Below, piece after piece: positions 10,482-20,261 of a DNA stretch of 64,000 bases. A program made the translations under genes and the position numbers. Position 1 is the first letter of the stretch. Every line of letters begins with the position of its first letter. The notes under the pieces are model-generated. The model saw only the letters and a list, made by a program, of their open reading frames with translations, did no database searches and was not told the origin of the DNA. Source of the stretch: a virus; IMG/VR virus record IMGVR_UViG_3300047557_002769, positions 1 through 64,000 of that record; one strand, written 5' to 3'.

Positions 10482-11162
10482 ATGAAGCTAACTTTAGGTA
10501 CGACTTATTATAACAACCCGGATTATCTGGAAAAGTTCATTAAGCGAAACCTTGATTATGTTGATGAGCTTATTATTGTTGACGACGGTTCTAAGCTACA
10601 CATAAGAGATTATGTAAAACCAACGAATAAGATTAGACTATTTCGTATTAAAGATGACCTGGGCTTTAATTCTCATGGCTGTAGAAATCTTATAATGAAG
10701 CAATCATCAAATGATTTTGTAATTCTTCTTGATATAGACAGAGAGTTTATCTTTGTAAAAGATGCTTATAAAGCTATCAGAGAAGCAAAGCTTAAAGACA
10801 ATGTACGCTATAGATTCATGGCTCATTCTAGTATGAATGAAACACATGGATCAGTTAATGACTACCTTATACATCGCAAGCATTTTTTCAGCGCGGGCGG
10901 TTATGATGAAGAATTAATTGGTGAACGCTGGGGAGATAGAGAATACTTCAAGCAGCTGCTACATTTCGGTAAAGAAAAATACCTCTATGGTGTTGATATT
11001 ATGCTAACAAGAAGGCCTTCCAGTTCCCTGAAAGGCCTCGCCACCTCACCCAAAGATAAAAAAATAAGTAAAGAGAATCAAGAACTCATAGATCGCAGAA
11101 TTAAAACACCTGAGCCTAATAAACCAATCTTAACATTTGAATGGGAAGAGATTACTTCCTAA
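10482..11162 (+). CDS. Glycosyltransferase, GT2/GT-A fold
   Basis: IIVDDGS, CRN, LLDID (DxD), GGYDEE...WGDREY. Confidence 0.88.
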   Translation: MKLTLGTTYYNNPDYLEKFIKRNLDYVDELIIVDDGSKLHIRDYVKPTNKIRLFRIKDDLGFNSHGCRNLIMKQSSNDFVILLDIDREFIFVKDAYKAIREAKLKDNVRYRFMAHSSMNETHGSVNDYLIHRKHFFSAGGYDEELIGERWGDREYFKQLLHFGKEKYLYGVDIMLTRRPSSSLKGLATSPKDKKISKENQELIDRRIKTPEPNKPILTFEWEEITS

Positions 11163-11739
11163 CTACAATCATAAACAGATCAATATTGACTGTCTGTCCT
11201 GATTTTTCTTTAGAATCGTTTTCAACTAGATTTAGATCTACCGCTACGTTTTTTGTCTTACTAGGGTAGACAGTTACGTTGGTATAACCTTTAGCTTTTA
11301 TAGCTTCAACTATCTCATCGCATTTGTAAAGAACATCCTCTATAACATAGACTTTTTTAAACTTACCGTGAAATACATTAAAGGTTTTTATTTGATCTTT
11401 ATAAAAATGTGACCCATCGTCAATAATCACATCTACACTAGGAAAATTGCCGGTAACTGACTGAACAGTTGAATCACCATTAACAATTCGGTTAGCTTTA
11501 GCATAGTTAATGTATTCTTTATCCTGGCTCTTGGGATTATTGTCTAAGCCATAGAGCTCAATTCCAGGGAACAAAGCTCTCCATGCTGCAAGAGATTTAC
11601 CCTGCTTAATGCCTATCTCTAATAAGGACTTTGTTTTTTCTGTAAAAACATCCTTATAATATAGATGATAGTCATGGGACTTAGCTTTATCAGTACCCAT
11701 AGCATTAAAAACCGTTAAATATTTTTCTGCATCATACAT
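11152..11739 (-). CDS. Class I SAM-dependent methyltransferase
   Basis: TDK...H.Y, LLEIGIKQGKSL, IIDDGSH, YVIED. Confidence 0.85.
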   Translation of the reverse strand: MYDAEKYLTVFNAMGTDKAKSHDYHLYYKDVFTEKTKSLLEIGIKQGKSLAAWRALFPGIELYGLDNNPKSQDKEYINYAKANRIVNGDSTVQSVTGNFPSVDVIIDDGSHFYKDQIKTFNVFHGKFKKVYVIEDVLYKCDEIVEAIKAKGYTNVTVYPSKTKNVAVDLNLVENDSKEKSGQTVNIDLFMIVVRK

Positions 11740-12742
11740 CTTTGTAATCCTCCAGTGTGAATTTAGTACCCTTCATCTTATTAATTTGAACCAGGTCATT
11801 ATTCTTCCATACCAGTACTTCGTTATCTTCGTATAAAAAATCACAATTTTTGCAGAACGGTACTTCGTCAAATCGATTCTCTGCATGCATCTGTCTTAAC
11901 CAGCGATAGCGTTCACCGTTCCACACCTCTTCGATTGATTTATCAGCAATAGAACCTAGATCAGCTTCATCGTCGCGACCTAGAGTCTGGCAGCAAGGTG
12001 CAATAGAAAGCTTACCACCAGTAGAAGAACCAGCTCTAATGGTTAGATCAGGAGAGAAAGGCCTACCGCATGTTCGTTTTTGGCCTCTTCGCTTATAGTC
12101 AGGGTCATACACACCTGACCAGTTATGCATTTTCCAGATTTCTGCATAGGTGCCTACAGGTTCGATAAAGTTCTTTTTATATTGCTCTACTTCAAAATCT
12201 ACTTTATCGTTATCTAAAATAAGGTGATAAGATGCAACAATACAATCACTTCTTGTCTCTTCAATATACGTTTTCATTTCGATAGCATTTTTCTTAATTT
12301 GATTAAAGCTATCTTGATTCATCCACTTAATATATTGAAGCTGATTGTATCCAATAACAGAAAAACGCGCTAATGCTAGACCGGCATCAACGCATTTCTT
12401 CATAAAATCACCTTTTAACTTAAATCCATTTGTATAGATAAAAGGCTTGGCGTTATATTTTCTAACGATTCTAATATAGTCAGGTAGATTGCTGTTAAGA
12501 GTAGGCTCACCCGAACCTTCAAGATTAACAACATTTAAACCGTAATGCGAAGCTTCTTCTACAATACGTTCAAAATCTACTAAAGAAATCTTTTTAAGCC
12601 AGTTCTTACCTCTACCGTCAGGCTCATTCGATTGAGGGCACATCTGACATGAGTAATTACACCCACCGTTAACCTCAATAACCGCTCTATCAACCGATAG
12701 GGGTATTGTAAAGTCTGTGTTCATTAGCGATCGCATGCTCAT
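11732..12742 (-). CDS. Radical SAM protein with SPASM/Twitch-type domain
   Basis: CNYSCQMC (CxxxCxxC), GSGEP, C-terminal C...CC...LG...W...CKNC. Confidence 0.92.
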   Translation of the reverse strand: MSMRSLMNTDFTIPLSVDRAVIEVNGGCNYSCQMCPQSNEPDGRGKNWLKKISLVDFERIVEEASHYGLNVVNLEGSGEPTLNSNLPDYIRIVRKYNAKPFIYTNGFKLKGDFMKKCVDAGLALARFSVIGYNQLQYIKWMNQDSFNQIKKNAIEMKTYIEETRSDCIVASYHLILDNDKVDFEVEQYKKNFIEPVGTYAEIWKMHNWSGVYDPDYKRRGQKRTCGRPFSPDLTIRAGSSTGGKLSIAPCCQTLGRDDEADLGSIADKSIEEVWNGERYRWLRQMHAENRFDEVPFCKNCDFLYEDNEVLVWKNNDLVQINKMKGTKFTLEDYKDV

Positions 12743-13469
12743 TCATATACCTTTGATGTTGCTTTTTTAGATCAATTATTTTATTCTCACTATCTTTTAT
12801 ATAGTAGTTAAGATCAGTCATTAAGAACTTTTCTGGGTCAGCTACTAAAGAAGCCTGTGGTATGAGTAACTTATTTAGCCCAATACGTTCACAAAGCACA
12901 ATTACAGGCTTCCACATAAATTTATAAATTTGATGAATTAAGCCATCGTAGCCAATACCAAAAGCACAATACTGTACCAATGATACAACTTCTTTCACCG
13001 AGGTTCGATATGTTACTTCAGTTACAGTGTACCCGTGATTCTCTATTTTTTTAATTATTCTATCCCAATGATGAATGGCTGGATCTTTACTTTTACCGGG
13101 GTAGCTTTTATTAAAGCGGCTGGACCATAATACAACATTTCTAGAAGTGCTCTGAGGTAGATCGCTATACCACAGGCCATGCAGCGGGTTAAATTCGTCA
13201 AATTGATTTAAGAATCTATATTCTAGTCTCTTATTATAAACATGAGAGACCTCTACCATTGGATTTGACCTCATTACTTTTTGAATGTAATGACATCTAT
13301 CAACAATGGTTTCAGGATCATCAGGTGAGAACAGATAATCTTCTGAATGCTCCCAGAAAAATTTTATATGTACAGGTGTTTGGTATTTGATTGAAGTTGT
13401 ATGAGCGTAACCTAATCCAGTTACAAAATCCCCATACCCTACGCCTGTACGCCAGTGAACGTTAAGCAC
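12690..13469 (-). CDS. Putative glycosyltransferase (GT-B-like)
   Basis: N-terminal GVGYGD and C-terminal GIGYDGLIHQ resemble GT9-like motifs; cluster context. Confidence 0.5.
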   Translation of the reverse strand: MLNVHWRTGVGYGDFVTGLGYAHTTSIKYQTPVHIKFFWEHSEDYLFSPDDPETIVDRCHYIQKVMRSNPMVEVSHVYNKRLEYRFLNQFDEFNPLHGLWYSDLPQSTSRNVVLWSSRFNKSYPGKSKDPAIHHWDRIIKKIENHGYTVTEVTYRTSVKEVVSLVQYCAFGIGYDGLIHQIYKFMWKPVIVLCERIGLNKLLIPQASLVADPEKFLMTDLNYYIKDSENKIIDLKKQHQRYMNEHAIANEHRLYNTPIG

Positions 13470-14148
13470 CTTTTTGCTCTAGAATACTCTTATCAAAATC
13501 ACCATCAGAAATTGTTTCAATCATATTAGCCCACATATCATGATGATTAAGAATGTAAGCTATTGAAACTCTCTGCTTCTTAGTCTCTGCGCAATGCCAA
13601 TAGACCATATCGGTTTCGGTTTTCTCGCTAGGATAATAACCAACCTTTACATTCCAACCCGGTTCGTCTTTGATCACGTGAATTGTCTTTGTGGCTTTCT
13701 CATACCACTTAAAACAACCTTCCCCGTCTTGGCTATAAGAAAAAAGAATATTATACCCAGGTGCATTACCGTTATGATGCCAGCCAATGTATCCTTTGTC
13801 AGGGTAAAGCATAGCTAAAGCATTAACAGGGGTACCTAAATATGCACCAATCTTTGCGACCTTACGCTGAGTTGGTTCAAACAGATCGTAGAATTGAGGG
13901 GGCGTTGACTGCATCGACATACCAAGCCCCAGACATGATCTCGGAAACCCGTACGTAGAAACAGGGTGCTTCATTGCCTCCTGTAAGTACTCATCTGAGC
14001 ATCCGTAGTTATTAGGCTGTAGGTCGTCTTTACGGTCGGCAGTCTTTTTGCCGAGTTCGACCATTTTAGGTGCGAAAAAGTCCTCAATTATATTGTTTAA
14101 TAGGACCTTTAAGCGGGGGCTTTTCAAGGGAATGGGCTTCATCTTCAA
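13462..14148 (-). CDS. Putative non-heme iron oxygenase (cupin/2OG-Fe-like)
   Basis: YPDKGYIGWHHN ... YWHCA ... RVSIAY pattern typical of double-stranded beta-helix enzymes. Confidence 0.55.
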   Translation of the reverse strand: MKMKPIPLKSPRLKVLLNNIIEDFFAPKMVELGKKTADRKDDLQPNNYGCSDEYLQEAMKHPVSTYGFPRSCLGLGMSMQSTPPQFYDLFEPTQRKVAKIGAYLGTPVNALAMLYPDKGYIGWHHNGNAPGYNILFSYSQDGEGCFKWYEKATKTIHVIKDEPGWNVKVGYYPSEKTETDMVYWHCAETKKQRVSIAYILNHHDMWANMIETISDGDFDKSILEQKGA

Positions 14149-14917
14149 TTCCTTTCTCTATAATTGCCCAAGCATGGGGTATCTTTTTCCAGGTACCTTT
14201 ATCTACTTGGACTATGACCGGCTTACCACCAATGTCTTCTGGTAAATCTTGACCGGTAGTATTATAACGTCTTTCGAGTAGTTTAATATTTAATGCCTTA
14301 AAACGATCAAACTCTTCGAATTTTCCAGACGTCATTCTCCATAACGTAAACATATCGAAAATCTGCCACTCCTTGGGGTGATTTTTACCGTATGGCCATG
14401 GGTTGTTAAGCTGCTCTAAGTATTTATCGAACCATGTCTGCATAAAATCTAAAGTAAGATCAGATTTATTGTACCCGCACAGTGAACCATGATACTTTGG
14501 TTGTTCGGTCTGCGCATGATCCATATAACCCCACTTAGGATTACCTACTGTATAGAGCAAACAGGTACCAAAAAACATATCACATTCATCAAGAAAATCA
14601 TGCATCTTCTTAATATCGCGATGCTTAATAATAGAATCAGCATCGTTATAGATAGTTTTTTGGTATGGGGTTCGAGCCATACACCACATCTTGGCTCTGT
14701 AGTGCACAGGGATATCAACGATGACATTATCGAACATTTTAGCAGCACGCTCGTCTACAAACCGCTCATGTGTGAATAGGGTTAGATGTGCTTCTGGGAA
14801 GTAATCGCGAAGACTTTGAGCAGATAGTAGCGCTAGTTCGTAGTACAGTCGATCACGGGATGCAACATAGATGAAGCCCCTGTCGCTGGTGCGACCATTA
14901 TTATGTAAATATTTCAC
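14084..14917 (-). CDS. Glycosyltransferase (GT-A, GT8/nucleotide-diphospho-sugar transferase-like)
   Basis: GFIYVA...SAQSLRD, K...TPYQKTIYNDAD (DxD). Confidence 0.75.
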   Translation of the reverse strand: MKYLHNNGRTSDRGFIYVASRDRLYYELALLSAQSLRDYFPEAHLTLFTHERFVDERAAKMFDNVIVDIPVHYRAKMWCMARTPYQKTIYNDADSIIKHRDIKKMHDFLDECDMFFGTCLLYTVGNPKWGYMDHAQTEQPKYHGSLCGYNKSDLTLDFMQTWFDKYLEQLNNPWPYGKNHPKEWQIFDMFTLWRMTSGKFEEFDRFKALNIKLLERRYNTTGQDLPEDIGGKPVIVQVDKGTWKKIPHAWAIIEKGIEDEAHSLEKPPLKGPIKQYN

Positions 14918-14919
14918 GA

Positions 14920-15432
14920 TTACGATTTGCTTTGTTGTGCTTTTTGCTGTGCTTCTTTGGCGTCTTGAATATCATCGAGCTCGTCAAATACATCAATGAA
15001 AGACATATTCTTTTCAGACATGTAATTCATCATTTGATGATGAATAATAATGTTTAGCATCAGCATATCAGGTGCACGTCTGATAGCTGTTTTAATTTTA
15101 TCTTCTGCATTAGCAATGAAAGGCATTTCGAATGCTTTCATTTTCGCATCGAAAAGAATTTTAAGCTTGTTATTCTCTTCTGCAGCAAGACGCTTTTTAC
15201 GATCAAATTCTTGTTGTCTACGACGACGCGTCTCCAGCTCATTACGCTCGCGACGCATCTTTTCAACATCGAACTCATCAAGGATACGGTCCCACATTGC
15301 ATTGACACCGCGGGCCATTTTCGGAGGCACGGTAAGTTCTGCAACGGATGTTACACCGCTATCATTAATAAGTTCAAAACGAACTTTAGTTTTTTCAACA
15401 TCAACGAAATGGGGGTTTTTAATAATACTCAT
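14920..15432 (-). CDS. Hypothetical protein, possible fibre assembly chaperone
   Basis: Likely start MSIIKNPHF, overlapping the upstream stop (ATGA); charged helical C-terminal half. Confidence 0.6.
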   Translation of the reverse strand: MSIIKNPHFVDVEKTKVRFELINDSGVTSVAELTVPPKMARGVNAMWDRILDEFDVEKMRRERNELETRRRRQQEFDRKKRLAAEENNKLKILFDAKMKAFEMPFIANAEDKIKTAIRRAPDMLMLNIIIHHQMMNYMSEKNMSFIDVFDELDDIQDAKEAQQKAQQSKS

Positions 15433-18400
15433 GCGATTCTTCTCCATAGAATGTATTCAGTTGCATCAATCACATCATTATTTATAACGGCTTCATTAGC
15501 TGCGACTTCAGATGTATATGTAGGTACAATATCCACGTTACCGGTATAATTAACAAGTAGGTTATATGCTTCTGAAACAGTATAGGATTCATTAAAGGTT
15601 GTAGTGTTGATGTAGTCTATTTCTGAGCCAGTGTAGCTATCTGCAACAAAATCTACAGTTGCGGTATATTCAATATCCCCGGTATAGATAACACCAGTTG
15701 GACCTACATACTCTACTGATGTGGTATATGTGTTTGTGTATTCTGGATCAGCAACTGTGTAAATAACTTGACCGGAATATTCAAGGGTTGTATCGTACTT
15801 ATCTTGAGTGTATTGTAAGGCTGTATAGCTCGTCACATAACTCACATCAGTATATAACGTAGGTTCTGGTATACTTAAAAATACCGAAAGATTATAACCG
15901 GCATAATCCGCCAGTAACGTGGTGTAAAAAGCGTTATAGTCAGTTGAATAATTTAACTCAGTTGAGGTATAGTAAACAACAAGACCGGTATATGGTATAA
16001 AAGTTGTATCTGATGTATATAATATACCCAATGTGTATTCGTTTGTAAGAGTGTACTGAATAGGCCCTATAAAAAATACTTCACCAGAGTATAATAGCTC
16101 TGCACCTGCAAATGTATCGAACCCAGGCCCGCTATAATCAGTTGCGTCTGGTACGCTATCATTCGTATAGTTTATAACAAGCGAGTAATTAATCGCAACA
16201 GTGTATATCGGTTCTTCGTTATATAATGTATTTGTAAATCCAAGAATGCGATCGTAAACTGCATTAAACGTACCGTCCCCTGTATAGTAAACGGCACCAG
16301 GTCCAGTATAGTACAACGGCGTAAAGCTATCGTAAGCGGTAGGTGCTGATCCTGTGTAGCTAGTTAAAGGGGTTGCATTCACATAACTTCTTAAGTCACC
16401 GAAAACATCATAACTTGTAGGCTTAATAATAGTACCCGTATAGAAATCAGCACTTATGGTGTATGATGAGGTAGGACCGGTGTACGTTATCAATCCAGTA
16501 TATACTACATCTATAGCATATAAATCTTCTCTTGTATATTCAACAGTTCCAGTGCCAATATAAAGATTTTTGTCTACGTTTAATGTAGAGTATTGAGGGT
16601 TACCATAGCCTACGTCTCTAACGTAGCCCGTCGACGTATCGTATAATAAATCAATAGTATAAGGTACTTCAATTGTATAGATATCTAAAGCGTATTCATC
16701 CCCGGTGTAGTCTACGGTTGTGTAAATATTTTCATATTGAGTAGTATATGTTCTATTAAAATCTTGAGCATAAAACTCGGGTTCTGACAAATATTCATCA
16801 TCTTGAGGACCAGCGAATCCTAAAGTATAAGTAGGTGTTGAAGCAAAGTTCACACTCTCGTACATTTCTGGTGCAGTATACCCAGGCAGACCTGAAAAAA
16901 TGTTTGTATACTGTTCACTGTACAAAGCAGCACTAAAACTAGTTAGCGGACCTGCAGGTGCTGGTATTGCAGGACCTTCGTATGATAATATATATTCTTG
17001 ATTAAACGTATTAATATACTCACTTAAAAAATAAACTATTTCTTTAATATATTGCGCACCGGTAGTATACGTGGCATTATAGTACTGAAGTTGCCCTCCA
17101 TATAATAATTCATTTGCTGTGTATTGTTCAGAGTAAAAAATATCCACACTTGGACCTGTATACTCACTGCTAAGTAGGTATTCACCTAAAATACCAGTAT
17201 AATAGGGATTTATTTGTGTATACACACCCCCGTCTTCAGTATTATATAACCGGGTAAACGTACCTACGTACCCGTCTTGGTATATAGTTACATAATACTC
17301 TTCTGTACCTTCTCCCATGTAAGTTGCTGGAGAAGGTACACTGTTTAAGTACTGGCCAGGTCCAACATACGAGATTGAATAAGCATTAGAAAATAAAGTT
17401 TCTGTTATAAAACTTATGTAAGATAGCGGGGATGTATATGTATTTACAGCAGCATTATAAATGTCGTCGTTGCGTTCATAGTACTCCGAAGGTGTAACCA
17501 TTTCTTGTACATAAACGGTATCACCACCAGTATATGTCAAGGGCTGCAAAAATATAGCGTACGCTACACCAACTTCTTCCGTATAGGTAAGTGTAGGCCC
17601 GGTGTATAAAGTATCATACACCGGTTCTAAGGTGTATGGGGTGCTTTCAAGATATTCTGTACTTAGTGTATAAGTAAGAACTGTAGAATAGGATAGTTGA
17701 TAATTTTCAATAACTGAGCCAAGGTATAACGATGTAGATGCGCCAACATAATCTATACCTACTGTATAAGGTGTAGCGGTCTCATAACTTAAAGTGTATT
17801 GAGTTTCAAGTCCAGAATATTCTTCTATGGAACTATAAACTTCACTGTCTTCAATCGAGTAGACATTATCTGCTACATCAGTGTAAGAACCGGGGCCTGT
17901 GTAAAGTGAAGCCTCTGGATCCCTTACATATGTTTCAGTTGAATAAATTGCTAGGTTGTACGAGTTAGGATCTTCATTAAAAATAAGCGTACTTGAGAAT
18001 TCACCGACAAGATAATCTTTTTCAGCAGAAAGATATGCGTTGTCTAGACTGTATGTAGTGGTGTAGTTGGTAGTAGTAGAAAATGCAGACACGGAGGCAT
18101 AGCTGCTTATACCAGAATTATATATATTTTCATCTGAGTAGGAAATACCACCAGTATAAGACGATGTTGAGTTATCTTGATAACTGGTAGAAGCTCCTAC
18201 GTATACCGTAGCTAATGTGTATAGCTCACCTAGATACAGCGGTAAGGAATCTTCGTAGGAAAGCTCTACATCTCCTTCATAGAAATTTCTTGTATAGCTT
18301 TCTAATGTATATGTAGCAGGGGGATTGGTATATGAACCGGGTCCAGAGTATGTTAATGGATCTGCGGTATATGAAGCATAGCTTACCCCTGCAGCTGTGT

Positions 18401-19706
18401 AAAGAATAGGACCAGTATATACTGAGGTGTATGCAAGCACGTAACCAGCGTAAACGTCACTGCTAACATTAATATAGCGAGGCTCACCCCCATACGTTTC
18501 TACATAAGACAGAACATATTCTGAAATATCTCTAGATTCATAGAGCTCTAAATTAACATAATTAACATTACTATAACTACTTGTAACTGCAGTATAATCA
18601 GTACCTATATTCTCGTAAATAATATCAGCGAACTTACCTTGATACTCAAGCTCATTAGTAATATATTGAGTAGTGGAAAACAACGTGCTGCTTTCATAAA
18701 CTGCAGCAATACCGGGCGCAGAGAACACGCCAATATCATTTACGTACGAGCTATTAGCATTATTATAGATCCCTGTACCGCCGTAATTAGTGCCTGAGTA
18801 GGATGAAGAAACAAAAGTATTTGTAGCACCAGTATAATCTAAGCTATAGCTAACGCTCTGTGTTCCAGCAATTCTTTGTCTTGTGTCGCGAACACTACCT
18901 ACATTTAACCAAGTACCTGTTGCAGGTGCTGTTGGGGCTAGTCTATAGGTACCAATACCCGTGTTAACAATCTTCTCGCGTATCTTTTTTGCAAATCTGC
19001 TTAACTCAATATCGTTAAGTCTTTGTAGTGTACCATCTCCATTAAATTTTAGAGGTCTATTTACACGTGGGATATCACCAGTTGAGTATAACTTTTTAAA
19101 TAAAAACTTGTTGCTGTTAGTTACTGTTGAGCTAAAAACATCGTCAATAGCACCTAGGTTCTGCCAGATGCCGTCATTAGGTACTTCGGATCTTAGAATA
19201 TACGAACCGGGGCCTTCCGAATCGATAAGGTATTGGTGTATTTCATCTACCAGTGCATCAATGCCTAATTTGATTGGAGCGGTATTAGAAAGATTAAGAA
19301 ATGCGACTTTAGGGGGTTCGGTACCAGTAGGTGTATTAAGATCCTGAAAAAATTGCTTTGCAATTATAGAGATAGATGCTGTAGAAGTTGTAGCAGACTC
19401 GTAGACAGCTGCCCCGGTATAATCTCTAGACACATCATAGAGAATAGATGTACTAGTATACCCCGTCGAGCCACTAACGTAAACACCTGTTCCAGAAATG
19501 ACCTCGTTAACGTTGCCTATTAGACTGGTGTCGTAAAAAGATCCAATAAAAGTTAAATTAGCTCCTGGGGTATCTGTTGTATAGATACTGCCTGGTCCAT
19601 CTTCTGAGGCAAATGCTTCTAGTACAACGTTTGCAAGTTCACTGAACTCAGCCTGAGTCATAGGCTGAACTGTTCCCTCGCCTCTGTATACGAGAGGGTA
19701 AGACAT
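15429..19706 (-). CDS. Giant Tyr/Thr-rich putative virion appendage protein (paralogue B, 1425 aa)
   Basis: Same architecture as 524..3379; ends YILWRRIA. Confidence 0.7.
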   Translation of the reverse strand: MSYPLVYRGEGTVQPMTQAEFSELANVVLEAFASEDGPGSIYTTDTPGANLTFIGSFYDTSLIGNVNEVISGTGVYVSGSTGYTSTSILYDVSRDYTGAAVYESATTSTASISIIAKQFFQDLNTPTGTEPPKVAFLNLSNTAPIKLGIDALVDEIHQYLIDSEGPGSYILRSEVPNDGIWQNLGAIDDVFSSTVTNSNKFLFKKLYSTGDIPRVNRPLKFNGDGTLQRLNDIELSRFAKKIREKIVNTGIGTYRLAPTAPATGTWLNVGSVRDTRQRIAGTQSVSYSLDYTGATNTFVSSSYSGTNYGGTGIYNNANSSYVNDIGVFSAPGIAAVYESSTLFSTTQYITNELEYQGKFADIIYENIGTDYTAVTSSYSNVNYVNLELYESRDISEYVLSYVETYGGEPRYINVSSDVYAGYVLAYTSVYTGPILYTAAGVSYASYTADPLTYSGPGSYTNPPATYTLESYTRNFYEGDVELSYEDSLPLYLGELYTLATVYVGASTSYQDNSTSSYTGGISYSDENIYNSGISSYASVSAFSTTTNYTTTYSLDNAYLSAEKDYLVGEFSSTLIFNEDPNSYNLAIYSTETYVRDPEASLYTGPGSYTDVADNVYSIEDSEVYSSIEEYSGLETQYTLSYETATPYTVGIDYVGASTSLYLGSVIENYQLSYSTVLTYTLSTEYLESTPYTLEPVYDTLYTGPTLTYTEEVGVAYAIFLQPLTYTGGDTVYVQEMVTPSEYYERNDDIYNAAVNTYTSPLSYISFITETLFSNAYSISYVGPGQYLNSVPSPATYMGEGTEEYYVTIYQDGYVGTFTRLYNTEDGGVYTQINPYYTGILGEYLLSSEYTGPSVDIFYSEQYTANELLYGGQLQYYNATYTTGAQYIKEIVYFLSEYINTFNQEYILSYEGPAIPAPAGPLTSFSAALYSEQYTNIFSGLPGYTAPEMYESVNFASTPTYTLGFAGPQDDEYLSEPEFYAQDFNRTYTTQYENIYTTVDYTGDEYALDIYTIEVPYTIDLLYDTSTGYVRDVGYGNPQYSTLNVDKNLYIGTGTVEYTREDLYAIDVVYTGLITYTGPTSSYTISADFYTGTIIKPTSYDVFGDLRSYVNATPLTSYTGSAPTAYDSFTPLYYTGPGAVYYTGDGTFNAVYDRILGFTNTLYNEEPIYTVAINYSLVINYTNDSVPDATDYSGPGFDTFAGAELLYSGEVFFIGPIQYTLTNEYTLGILYTSDTTFIPYTGLVVYYTSTELNYSTDYNAFYTTLLADYAGYNLSVFLSIPEPTLYTDVSYVTSYTALQYTQDKYDTTLEYSGQVIYTVADPEYTNTYTTSVEYVGPTGVIYTGDIEYTATVDFVADSYTGSEIDYINTTTFNESYTVSEAYNLLVNYTGNVDIVPTYTSEVAANEAVINNDVIDATEYILWRRIA
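15479..15486 (-). promoter_or_regulatory. T4-type late promoter TATAAATA ahead of the enzyme cluster
   Basis: Exact consensus in the 3' end of the 1425-aa gene, 46 nt upstream of the next start. Confidence 0.55.
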
Positions 19707-20258
19707 TTAACCCCCCCAGATCACAACATTAGATTCATCTAGTATGCGCAGCACTCTACCGGTGCTATCTTGCAAACTGCTTGTTTTAAGAGTTGTGGAA
19801 TTTAATGTACCGTTAACTATTATGTTTGCCAGATTACTTGCAAATTTATCAAATGTAGCAATGCTTGTACCAGCAATATTAGCAACTATTGTACCGTTCG
19901 TTAATGCAGTTAGTGTAGTTGTGCCGTTAACAATGCGTGTTGAATCTACAGAAATACCAGATAGTAGCGAACCGTTACCTAGAAAATAGTTACCAGATAC
20001 ATTACCAGATACAGTAATGTTACCACCTGCTGTAATCTCAACCTGGTTAGTAGCTCTTCTATAAACTTCATTAAGCGCTAAGACGATACTATCTGTTTCA
20101 GTTGTAAGAAGCAGTTCAGCATCACCTACTAGATTGTTAAGTGTTGCAATACTAGATATATTATTAGCTGATTCGCTGTTTAAACTTGTGAAGTTATCAT
20201 CAACTTCCTGATTTGTCAGCGGTCTTGCTACTACGTTCCGTAGGGTTAAACTTGCCAT
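19707..20258 (-). CDS. Virion structural/adaptor protein
   Basis: LTLR...PLTNQEVDDNF N-terminus; C-terminal LQDSTGRVLRILDESNVVIWGG resembles the end of the 961-aa fibre. Confidence 0.7.
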   Translation of the reverse strand: MASLTLRNVVARPLTNQEVDDNFTSLNSESANNISSIATLNNLVGDAELLLTTETDSIVLALNEVYRRATNQVEITAGGNITVSGNVSGNYFLGNGSLLSGISVDSTRIVNGTTTLTALTNGTIVANIAGTSIATFDKFASNLANIIVNGTLNSTTLKTSSLQDSTGRVLRILDESNVVIWGG

Positions 20259-20261
20259 TTT

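Noticed and set aside
524-19706. Diversity-generating retroelement or CRISPR-like array explaining the Tyr-rich repeats
   Set aside because: No reverse transcriptase, and no near-identical template/variable pair or spaced direct repeats seen by eye; the repeats are degenerate at the protein level
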